From the IMG/VR virus record IMGVR_UViG_3300022689_000310: a stretch of 64,000 bases of DNA; one strand, 5' to 3'. Positions 40,050 through 49,131 of this stretch are shown piece after piece. Every line of letters starts with the position of its first letter. The first letter of the stretch is position 1. The position numbers were made by a program, and so were the translations under genes. The stretch comes from an uncultured virus (IMG/VR IMGVR_UViG_3300022689_000310) (Duplodnaviria > Heunggongvirae > Uroviricota > Caudoviricetes). The notes under the pieces are model-generated. The model ran no database searches. It had not been told where the DNA came from and worked only from the letters and a program-made list of their open reading frames with translations.

Positions 40050-42965
40050 TTAAAATAATTTATCAATTAATTCTTCTATTATTTCATTTAATTTACCTGT
40101 TTCATCCTCTAATGAAGGTATTATTGCTATATCAAGATAATCACCTATCATTTTTACATCTTTTGTTTCATTATTATTATAACCTAATAACCAATTGAAT
40201 GGGCTTACTATAGGACTAATATCCTTCTTATAAAACTTTAATATTAATTGTCTAAGATCTTCTAATATTATATTTATAACATTTTCTAGACCTATAAATT
40301 CTTTTTTATTATATATAAAATCCTTCTCTTGTATATCTATTTTTATAGTTTCACTTATAACAAACTTTACCATTTCAGTATTACATATCTCTATAAAACT
40401 CCTATTATATTTCACTCCTTTCTTTATTAATAATTTTTCTATCTGTCCTGTTATACAATATTCATATAATAAGTCAGAATTATTATTAAAGTAATATGGA
40501 TAACTACTTCTATTCTTTTTTTTCCCTAAACATAATAGATTATCTAAATATATTTTATTCTTTTTATATAACTTGTATAAATAGTCTATATATACCTGAT
40601 TAAAATATTTTAATTTGTAATTTCTACTTACTTCATTATTTTTATCTCTTAAATATGTTGCTGATAATGGAGTTAAGAATAATAATCTATTTATCTTACC
40701 TTCTTCCCCCTTTATATATCCTTTTTTACATAAACGGTCTACTAACCAATATTTAAAGAATATACTTAAACTTGTATATGAGTTATCTAATTCTGTATAT
40801 ATAATCCTTTTATTTAATTTATTCTCTTTCAGTATATTCTCTTCTAATTTCTCCGTTATGTCATATTTCCTTTCTAAACTATATCTATTATTCTCTAAAT
40901 GTGATATTAAATTATTACAGTATTCTTCACTTAGTACTCTACAAGAAGATAAAGATCCATAAAAGGATTTATATTCTTTTTCTTCTATAGTTATTTCTTT
41001 TCTCTTTTTCTCTTTCTTTCCACTTTTAAAGAATTTTACATCAAGTAATTTATAAGCTAGACTTTTTCTTATTTCATTTGCTACCGTTTTATCTTTCTCT
41101 ACTATTAGTAAAAAAGGTTCCTTCTCTTCTACTAAACTTTTATTATTTCTTATTTCGCTTACACTGTTATTTGTAGATAATATTATTTTTATATTATTTT
41201 TCTCTAAGAACTCTTTTACTACTTCATGTTTTGTTCTATACCTTAATATATTACTAAATATTCTTGATAACTTCTGTTTTGTTAAAGTATTCTTAGGTAT
41301 TGTAGATGATAAATTACTTTCTACATCTGATGGTATATTTAATACTTCTGTTGGTCCTACTAAGTAACTATCTAAACTGTCTACTAAATGATTAATTATA
41401 TCTTTACTTCTTAATACTTTATCAAACCATTCTTCTTTAGCCTCTTCACTATTAAATAGTATATATTTTTCATAATTATCTATTTCATTCTCTTTTATAC
41501 GAAATCCATTCCATGACTTTATTATATTTCCATTTATATAACTTCTATTTTCTACTGATAATCTACAACCTAAATGTGGTAAATATATTGTATCTAAATT
41601 AAATAAATAATCATGTTTGATTATAGTTTTTTCTATAGTTATTAGATCTTTAAATGTTTCTATCTTTTTGTTTAGATCATTTGATGATAAAAAGTATACT
41701 AAATATTTATCTATACATTCTTTTAATGCGTTTAATATATATTCTCTAGTCTCTTCATCTTCTATTACTATATTCTCTCTATTACTTGAAAACCTTATAG
41801 ATCCTATGGGAACTCTTACTACTAATTGTAAGCCATTCCATTGCATATTTTCTATTACTTTTATAGTTTTTATCCTATTGTCTTTATCTTCTATTGAAGA
41901 TTTATAATCATTTATATATATTCTTTTTAATGATGGAATATCTAATGTATATAATGAATCTCCCATCATTATAATTACACAATCTTTTTCTATTATTCCA
42001 TTATTTACTGTAGTTAAACTTTTTATTATATCCCTATCAATAATCTTTGTGGGGTTATTACTATAACTTCTATAATGTATTAATTCTTCACTAAATAATT
42101 TATTATCTTCTTTACTACTTTTTTCAATCTCTATTGATGATTGATTCTCTTCTATTCTTTTATATCCCCCTTTATTCTCAAATCTATTTGTACTTCTATA
42201 TGTATTTCTACTATATTTATTATTTATTCCGTATATAGGAAATATATAAAAACTATTTATATATTTTAAATCTTGATTTAATTTTTCTTTATCTATCTTA
42301 TATTTATATACCCAACTTGAGAGAAGACATAAAGAATTTAAATTTGTATATAAATCTACCTCTATTAAGAAACAATTCTCTAATATATATCTGATACTTT
42401 TATTTAATATGTCAAAATCATCTATTAATACTTTTATATTTGTACCTGTCTCTCCCGGTTCTCTTTCTTCTATATTTTTTATATCATAACAAGGTATTCC
42501 TCCTGAATCTCTATATAATAAATAAGTAATATTTTTATCTTTAGTAGAAGTCTCTATAAATACTTGTTCACCTATACAAAATAATGTACATATTCCTATC
42601 CCTAATGCTCCTATTTGTTCGTCTGATTCTCTTTTACTTGAATTACCTATCTGTCTTACATATTGGTCCATTCTTTCTTCATCAATACCTATACCATAAT
42701 CTCTTATTTCTAAAAAGAACAAAGATTCTATATACTCTGATGATTTAATAGTTATATCTACTCTCTTATTATTATTTTCTATAGATGCATCTATAGCATT
42801 ACCTAATACTTCTCTTATAGCACTTCTTTGTGGATTACTATATAAATTTCTTGTAAGTATTTCTATAATATGACGGGTCGCTTCAGAATCTTCTGATAAC
42901 TTGAATTTCTTACTCGTTATACTTGTATTAGTTATAGATTCTAGTTTTTCTCTCTTTATCTTCAT
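40050..42965 (-). CDS. rIIA-like GHKL ATPase protein, paralogue 1
   Basis: LYSNPQRSAIREVLGNAIDA, IRDYGIGI, SSKRESDEQIGALGIG, GTNIK, SSNRE. Confidence 0.85.
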   Translation of the reverse strand: MKIKREKLESITNTSITSKKFKLSEDSEATRHIIEILTRNLYSNPQRSAIREVLGNAIDASIENNNKRVDITIKSSEYIESLFFLEIRDYGIGIDEERMDQYVRQIGNSSKRESDEQIGALGIGICTLFCIGEQVFIETSTKDKNITYLLYRDSGGIPCYDIKNIEEREPGETGTNIKVLIDDFDILNKSIRYILENCFLIEVDLYTNLNSLCLLSSWVYKYKIDKEKLNQDLKYINSFYIFPIYGINNKYSRNTYRSTNRFENKGGYKRIEENQSSIEIEKSSKEDNKLFSEELIHYRSYSNNPTKIIDRDIIKSLTTVNNGIIEKDCVIIMMGDSLYTLDIPSLKRIYINDYKSSIEDKDNRIKTIKVIENMQWNGLQLVVRVPIGSIRFSSNRENIVIEDEETREYILNALKECIDKYLVYFLSSNDLNKKIETFKDLITIEKTIIKHDYLFNLDTIYLPHLGCRLSVENRSYINGNIIKSWNGFRIKENEIDNYEKYILFNSEEAKEEWFDKVLRSKDIINHLVDSLDSYLVGPTEVLNIPSDVESNLSSTIPKNTLTKQKLSRIFSNILRYRTKHEVVKEFLEKNNIKIILSTNNSVSEIRNNKSLVEEKEPFLLIVEKDKTVANEIRKSLAYKLLDVKFFKSGKKEKKRKEITIEEKEYKSFYGSLSSCRVLSEEYCNNLISHLENNRYSLERKYDITEKLEENILKENKLNKRIIYTELDNSYTSLSIFFKYWLVDRLCKKGYIKGEEGKINRLLFLTPLSATYLRDKNNEVSRNYKLKYFNQVYIDYLYKLYKKNKIYLDNLLCLGKKKNRSSYPYYFNNNSDLLYEYCITGQIEKLLIKKGVKYNRSFIEICNTEMVKFVISETIKIDIQEKDFIYNKKEFIGLENVINIILEDLRQLILKFYKKDISPIVSPFNWLLGYNNNETKDVKMIGDYLDIAIIPSLEDETGKLNEIIEELIDKLF

Positions 42966-43029
42966 CTTTATATCCGATTAATACTTCTTTTATGTATATC
43001 TAATATTTATGATTTATTTTATTTATAAT

Positions 43030-43584
43030 TTATATGAGGTCAGGAGATAATATATCTACAATTTTCTTTATAGTTCTTTCTATATTATTATTCTCTATTC
43101 TTACCATCTTATCAAAATATTCACTTACTAAATCCCAATTATTATTAAATAGTTCTTTATATTTGTTTGTGTAATACTTCTTGTTTCTCTCATATATATC
43201 TATATCTAATATTTTTAATGGAATACCATCTGACTCTATAAAAAATATATACTTAATATCAAACTCACTTAATATTCCATCTTTTACTCTTTTTAATATA
43301 TATTCTTTTATCTCTTTAGTATTTCCTTGATATATATAAGTTGATATCCAAAATCTATCTATAATATAATTTATATCTTTATCTATATACTTTACAAAAC
43401 TTTCCATTTCATTAATACATAACTTTGCTTTCTCTATATTTGTTATAGATTTATCTAATATTAAATCTCTTACTCCTTCAGTAGGAAATTTTTGATATAC
43501 TAATTTGTCTTTAAATTTCTCTAATATAAGATTACATAAAGTAGTCTTACCTACTTTATCTACTCCTTCTATTACAATATTCAT
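43030..43584 (-). CDS. tmk: Thymidylate (dTMP) kinase
   Basis: IVIEGVDKVGKTT P-loop, KFP, IIDRFWISTYIYQG. Confidence 0.88.
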   Translation of the reverse strand: MNIVIEGVDKVGKTTLCNLILEKFKDKLVYQKFPTEGVRDLILDKSITNIEKAKLCINEMESFVKYIDKDINYIIDRFWISTYIYQGNTKEIKEYILKRVKDGILSEFDIKYIFFIESDGIPLKILDIDIYERNKKYYTNKYKELFNNNWDLVSEYFDKMVRIENNNIERTIKKIVDILSPDLI

Positions 43585-43623
43585 TATTCTTTTTCTCTTA
43601 TGTTTCTTTATCTTTTATTACTA

Positions 43624-43657
43624 ATCCCCCATTCTATTTAATACTTTGATGGGGGAT
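43624..43657. terminator. Hairpin, possible terminator
   Basis: ATCCCCCAT ... ATGGGGGAT 9-bp inverted repeat. Confidence 0.5.
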
Positions 43658-43762
43658 AAATAATACTTCTATTTAATTATTAGATCAATCAGAATCAAAT
43701 AAATAAATATATACCCAAGCAACTTTATTAATGTTTTATCTTCTTCCACTATTTATACACCT

Positions 43763-45361
43763 TTAAATTTCAATTATAGAACTAGTATTCATTCTTTCTT
43801 TAGGATTACTATAAATATCTCTCTCAGGAGAATAATTATTTATATATTTAATATTCTCTGACATAAACTTTCTAGAACTATATCTTCTAGTCATTATATC
43901 TCCACTATTAATAGATAAAGAATCGAATACACCTATAGACCATAATACTCCATATAATGTACTTGAATCTATATAGTCTATTAAGTAATGTTCTAATAAT
44001 TCTCTTACCTCTTCAAAGTTGATTCTTTGAGAATGTTTGAAAGCAACATTACATAATAACATTCTACACTTATTAGAAATATAACCAGTTGTTAATAATT
44101 CTTCTATAATAGCATTTATAGCTCTATTAGATGATAGTAATAATTTATTAATACCCTCAGAATATTTATTTAATTCTTTAGCTTGTTTATACAGTAAAGA
44201 TATTTCTTCAGAAAGTATCTCTTTACTAAATTTATATATATATAGTTGATTGAAAGAAGAATCTCCTAACTCTTCTAGAAATTTAATATATCCCTCATTA
44301 AAGTCTTTGAATTTTACTTGTTTCTTGTTTAAAGATTCATATGTTAAATGAGAAATTCCATCAAGGTCAGACCTTTCTTCTTCATTAAAAATAGATCTCA
44401 TAACTTCTGTATTTCTATTTTGACTAGTTGTCGAATTGTATAGATTATTAATATATAAACATATATATTGCATCTTATAGAAAATAGATATTTGAGATAT
44501 ACTTCCAAAGGCTATGTATGGAGATAACTTAGAAGAATTAGGCTCTGCATTCTTTCTTTCTAAATGATAATTATATATACCTTCTCCTTCACTATCTAGT
44601 AACCAATCTATAAATCTTTTATTAGGATCTAGTTCTAAGAATGAAGTTTCACTTCTTGTTTTTAATTCACTTAAAGCTTGTTTACTATATTTCCTTCCTA
44701 GGATCTTTATCTCTTTATTTATATTTGTATTACTCTCAACAAACTTTTGGAATATATTTCCTTCTATCTCTTTGTACTCTCTATAACTATTCAATAAAGA
44801 GATTAAATAATTTGTATTACTTATAGTTCTAGAGATAAAATCACTTCTATTTCTAATAGGAAGATTTTTAATAATACATTCTCTAACAAAACATTCATGT
44901 AAGAAGTTACAAAAAGAAGTTTCTTTTTTATGAGGTTCAAAAGATATACTTACATTATATTCTATATTTATTTCATTTTTAACTTCACGAATTTCTTCAT
45001 GTATCTTTTTTATATCCCCCATGTTCTTTCTATTTCTGATAATACTAATCTCATTATCTTTTATAATTTCAATAAGAAATTCTTTTAATTGTTTTGCACC
45101 TTTAATTATTACTATATCTATTCCTAATACCTTATCGAATAATGAATTAGCGAACTTTAATTGTCTTATATAAAAAGATTCCCTATGAGGACCTATTCTT
45201 TTATAACCAGTATTTGGTAACTTTTCCTCAAAATAATCTGGCCAGTAATATATAGGTATTAACAAAGTCCTATCCTCTATACTACGTTTTAGAGATGTCA
45301 ATAATATTTCATTATCATTAACTCTACATATTTCATTCAATAATACTATTTCAATATCCAT
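43763..45361 (-). CDS. DNA photolyase/cryptochrome family protein (divergent)
   Basis: EICRVNDN, SSKLSPYIAFGSIS, ELLTTGYISNKCRM and LIDY are FAD-domain motifs. Confidence 0.8.
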   Translation of the reverse strand: MDIEIVLLNEICRVNDNEILLTSLKRSIEDRTLLIPIYYWPDYFEEKLPNTGYKRIGPHRESFYIRQLKFANSLFDKVLGIDIVIIKGAKQLKEFLIEIIKDNEISIIRNRKNMGDIKKIHEEIREVKNEINIEYNVSISFEPHKKETSFCNFLHECFVRECIIKNLPIRNRSDFISRTISNTNYLISLLNSYREYKEIEGNIFQKFVESNTNINKEIKILGRKYSKQALSELKTRSETSFLELDPNKRFIDWLLDSEGEGIYNYHLERKNAEPNSSKLSPYIAFGSISQISIFYKMQYICLYINNLYNSTTSQNRNTEVMRSIFNEEERSDLDGISHLTYESLNKKQVKFKDFNEGYIKFLEELGDSSFNQLYIYKFSKEILSEEISLLYKQAKELNKYSEGINKLLLSSNRAINAIIEELLTTGYISNKCRMLLCNVAFKHSQRINFEEVRELLEHYLIDYIDSSTLYGVLWSIGVFDSLSINSGDIMTRRYSSRKFMSENIKYINNYSPERDIYSNPKERMNTSSIIEI

Positions 45362-45386
45362 AAACTTACCTCCTTTTAATAGAAAA

Positions 45387-45414
45387 AAGAGTGGAAGAAT
45401 AAACTCCCACTCTT
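45387..45414 (-). terminator. Intrinsic terminator
   Basis: AAGAGTGG...CCACTCTT stem followed by a U-tract on the minus strand. Confidence 0.65.
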
Positions 45415-45438
45415 GAATTTGTATTTAATTCTTATATC

Positions 45439-46407
45439 TTAGTAATCAAAATTTTCATCTCTTGTCTGAGAAGAGTTCAATAATAAACTATTTATAGGAT
45501 CTACATTGCTCATAGAAACTTGTTCTAACATTCCTCTACGAGCTTGGTCTTGTAAAGTTTCAGTTCCTCTATTTCTACGAGAGGCTTGAATACCTGCAAT
45601 CCTTCTCTGTTCAGGTGTAAGAGTTTGAGTAATACTGTAAGAAAGACCTGGACCCGGTAAGATTCTATCTGATCCTTTCTTAATACCATATACACTAAGG
45701 ACTTCATCGAGATCTTCATCAGCAGGTACTGAATTGAAAATAGTAGTTAGACCCGTAGGAAGTAGAACTATATCCTCAAGATGAATATGAATAGTTTCTG
45801 TATCTTCCATCTTCTTACTTACAAATTCATGTCTTTCAGTATCTAAATCTACATAAAAACTAGCAGGAACTGTACCTTCATAAAGAAATGCTTCACCTAA
45901 AGATTCACATAGATATCGATTCTCTACAATTCCTCTTTGTTTAGCAGCAGGTAATTGTTTACGATTTATCTGTAAATTACGTACAAATATTGGATGTTTA
46001 TAACTACCTTTAGTACCATCAAGAGGATGATAATATACACTCATATTACCAGTAGTAATCTGTTCAATAGTTCTCTCAATACTTTCTCTTCGAAGATCTA
46101 TATAACTTATATCTTCATATTCACCTCTTTCATTTTGTTTTACCATTGGAAACCGTTTCTTTAGAATCTTTTCACATTCTTCTAAACTAATTTCCCCTTT
46201 ATGTAGTGCAGACCCAATATTTCCAAAAGGAATATGAGTATTTCTATTCCCTGGTTTATTAAAATTAAGAACTTTATCCCAATCATAAAATGGATGAAGA
46301 GCTTGGACTACTTTCCATTTAATTTCTAATTCCTCTGTAAGTTTTAACTTTTCTTTATTTTCTTCTGCTAACCGTGCCTTTTCTTCATATGTTTTAACTT
46401 GTTTCAT
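45439..46407 (-). CDS. Hypothetical protein (conserved-looking, higher GC)
   Basis: 322 aa, balanced composition, AGGGG RBS. Confidence 0.7.
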   Translation of the reverse strand: MKQVKTYEEKARLAEENKEKLKLTEELEIKWKVVQALHPFYDWDKVLNFNKPGNRNTHIPFGNIGSALHKGEISLEECEKILKKRFPMVKQNERGEYEDISYIDLRRESIERTIEQITTGNMSVYYHPLDGTKGSYKHPIFVRNLQINRKQLPAAKQRGIVENRYLCESLGEAFLYEGTVPASFYVDLDTERHEFVSKKMEDTETIHIHLEDIVLLPTGLTTIFNSVPADEDLDEVLSVYGIKKGSDRILPGPGLSYSITQTLTPEQRRIAGIQASRRNRGTETLQDQARRGMLEQVSMSNVDPINSLLLNSSQTRDENFDY

Positions 46408-46456
46408 TAATATTCCCCTTTTCTAATTTGCTTAAGACTAAATAAAGATATTTGTA

Positions 46457-47536
46457 TTAATAATCTACAAGACTATCAAGATCTAATCCACCCACTTCTT
46501 TATTAGGTTTAGAAGTATCTTCATCATTATCAGAAACATCTTGATTTACCTGTGTAGAAGAGGTCAATATATCATAATCTACCTCCTTTGTTTGATTACT
46601 TTTATTTAAAACTTTTTCTTCCTTTTGATTTGAACTCTTTGATGAAAGAACTTCTTCTAACTCTTCTAAACTTTTGGTATTTCTCAACATACCTTGAAAA
46701 GTTTTATCTGATTGACTTCTATTAAGAGTATCCAGTTGTTTTCTTTCAATAGGTCGAGACTGACTTTCTACTAATACTACTGTGTCTAGAAGAGTATGAT
46801 CCTTTAACCCCTCTTCATTTACATGATAGGAGTTCTTCAATATATGAATAGTCTTTGGAGTATAACCAGGTAGAGCTATATATAATCCAGGTGCTCCACT
46901 CCGTTGAAGTAAGATTACATCTTTAATTCTATATTTAATATTATTCTCGTCTGTATCTTCTAGTAATTGAGGATGTAATTGCAGTAATTCTTCACTAAGA
47001 AATACCGTAATACTCCCTGGATTATTTAGACCACTACTAATACTTTCACTGACTAATTGAGCTAAAAACTTATCAATCCTAGGAGAATCCTCATTACCAG
47101 CAGGTTCTGTTACTCTAAAACTTAGTTCTAAAATAGGTGTATATTTTGGACAACGAGAAACATATTGACCATTATCATCTGTATAATTATCACCTATCTT
47201 TCCATTCTTCCAGAAGTAAAGCACTTTATTTACTGCGTGTTCATAATACTCCTTAAAGTTTTTAGCTGGACGAAATACCTTTTCTTGATCTTCTACAATT
47301 AAATATGTATTATAATTATCTTTAAAATACTCTTCTTCATTATCAGGAGTAATATTGCCTTCAATAATCTCTTTCTCAACCTTTTCAAAATCAATAGGAA
47401 TTAACTTTCTATAAGGGAGAGAAAATGCATTTAGTAAAGAATTAATATCTAGACTAATTTTTCCAAAAGATTTAAAAGCACTAAAATCTTTATATAAGTC
47501 TGCATTCAAAATGGTCTCAATATTTTTACTTTCCAT
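46457..47536 (-). CDS. Hypothetical protein with acidic C-terminal tail (SSB-like architecture?)
   Basis: 359 aa, disordered acidic tail ending GGLDLDSLVDY, AGGAG RBS. Confidence 0.6.
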   Translation of the reverse strand: MESKNIETILNADLYKDFSAFKSFGKISLDINSLLNAFSLPYRKLIPIDFEKVEKEIIEGNITPDNEEEYFKDNYNTYLIVEDQEKVFRPAKNFKEYYEHAVNKVLYFWKNGKIGDNYTDDNGQYVSRCPKYTPILELSFRVTEPAGNEDSPRIDKFLAQLVSESISSGLNNPGSITVFLSEELLQLHPQLLEDTDENNIKYRIKDVILLQRSGAPGLYIALPGYTPKTIHILKNSYHVNEEGLKDHTLLDTVVLVESQSRPIERKQLDTLNRSQSDKTFQGMLRNTKSLEELEEVLSSKSSNQKEEKVLNKSNQTKEVDYDILTSSTQVNQDVSDNDEDTSKPNKEVGGLDLDSLVDY

Positions 47537-47565
47537 ATACTTCTCCTTTTTCTTATTTATTCAAC

Positions 47566-47622
47566 TTTAGATACTTATTATGTATCTAAATGGGTTAGAT
47601 AAGAGTATAGACTCTTATCTAA
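47566..47622. promoter_or_regulatory. Two tandem palindromes
   Basis: TTTAGATAC..GTATCTAAA (47566-47590) and TTAGATAAGAGT-atag-ACTCTTATCTAA (47595-47622). Confidence 0.5.
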
Positions 47623-47631
47623 ATATTCAAT

Positions 47632-49128
47632 TTAACTTATTCTATAAGGAACTCCATAACTTGAAAATAATGAATTTATACCCGAAGGATCCATACTAGA
47701 TTCATAGATTAATTTATTCATGTAACTTTGTCTCAATAGATCTATTCTTCTTTCATATATAAATAATGATTTTATAAACCAAGAGCCTATATCAGTCATT
47801 TCTATCTCTTTTGTTTTACTATTGTATGCCTTCATTAAATTTAGACATTTAGGCTCTTCCCTTATTCTATCCAATAATAATTGACTCAAACATCTCCTTC
47901 TAGAATTAAATAGATTTACATCTATAGTATCTTTTAGAGTTTGAGTATCTATATTTATAATTACTTTTAATTGTTCTTCTAATCTTCTTTTTACATATAA
48001 CACTTCTTCTAGATTTACATTAGTAATATCTTTAATATTTAAAATACTTCTAGTACTTGCTTTAGATGCTAAGATACCCCTACCAAATCTTCTCATACTC
48101 CCTATAAATAAAGACATATCAATAAACTTTGTATTAAAGTTTATATCCGCTTTACTCAGATCTTTTGATTTAGTAAGTTGCTCTCTAGTTACACTTCCTG
48201 ATTCTAATGCATTATACATATTTACCATACAGTAGAACCTAAATATATAACTTATTACTGTCGGAGGTACATTAGGATCTACTTTAGAAAGTCTATATAT
48301 AGAAGCAAAATTGTCTTTTGCTTTTCTGAATGAAGATATACAAAAATTACTATTTACTGAAATAGAATCTCTTGCCTTTGAAGCTTCTTCAGGACTTAAA
48401 TATTTTGTATCTTTCATAATAACACTAGGACTTTCTATTCCTAATATCCTTCCCCATAAGCCCCAATTTTCTTCTTTATAACCAGAAAGACTTAAATCTT
48501 CATAAAAAGTAAAACATAAATATCTTACTGTTAAATATTTTAAGTATAATTCATTAGCCTCTTGTATATTCTTCTCTCCACCTCTTCTTACTAATTCATT
48601 TAGAATAGTATGAAGAACAGGTTCTACTTTTAAATCTCTAGAATATTTATTTATAAATATTAATAAATCGTATTGTGCTGCACAATAAACATTAAATGCT
48701 ACACCAATAGCTAATTGAATAAAAACATTACCTTTAAATATATCTAGCAAACCTTTATCGAATTTTTGGTTATATACCTTTTCATTCACCTTACCAGACT
48801 TGTCAAAAGGTATTGCCTTTCTAGACACTTTAAAGAAATCAGTTAAAGGTAAGTCTTCTATCTCATAATTATTATCATCAAAATATCTACCTCTAATATA
48901 TCCATGAAATCCTGAACACTTTACGAATTTCTTATTTGCTTTTTTATCTAATACTTCTAAGATAGTATATATTTCTTCTTTAGCTTCATTATATAGACCA
49001 CTATCAATTAAAGATAAATTTGTAGGTATTTCATCAAAGATATCAAAGATATCTCCTTCTTCATCCTCTCCAATACTTATCTCTATACTATCTAAAGTAT
49101 CTAATACACTAAAATCTTCTTCATTCAT
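47632..49128 (-). CDS. Hypothetical, possible RNA polymerase partner subunit
   Basis: 498 aa, starts 3 bp after the RNAP-like gene; acidic N-terminus. Confidence 0.55.
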   Translation of the reverse strand: MNEEDFSVLDTLDSIEISIGEDEEGDIFDIFDEIPTNLSLIDSGLYNEAKEEIYTILEVLDKKANKKFVKCSGFHGYIRGRYFDDNNYEIEDLPLTDFFKVSRKAIPFDKSGKVNEKVYNQKFDKGLLDIFKGNVFIQLAIGVAFNVYCAAQYDLLIFINKYSRDLKVEPVLHTILNELVRRGGEKNIQEANELYLKYLTVRYLCFTFYEDLSLSGYKEENWGLWGRILGIESPSVIMKDTKYLSPEEASKARDSISVNSNFCISSFRKAKDNFASIYRLSKVDPNVPPTVISYIFRFYCMVNMYNALESGSVTREQLTKSKDLSKADINFNTKFIDMSLFIGSMRRFGRGILASKASTRSILNIKDITNVNLEEVLYVKRRLEEQLKVIINIDTQTLKDTIDVNLFNSRRRCLSQLLLDRIREEPKCLNLMKAYNSKTKEIEMTDIGSWFIKSLFIYERRIDLLRQSYMNKLIYESSMDPSGINSLFSSYGVPYRIS

Positions 49129-49131
49129 ATT

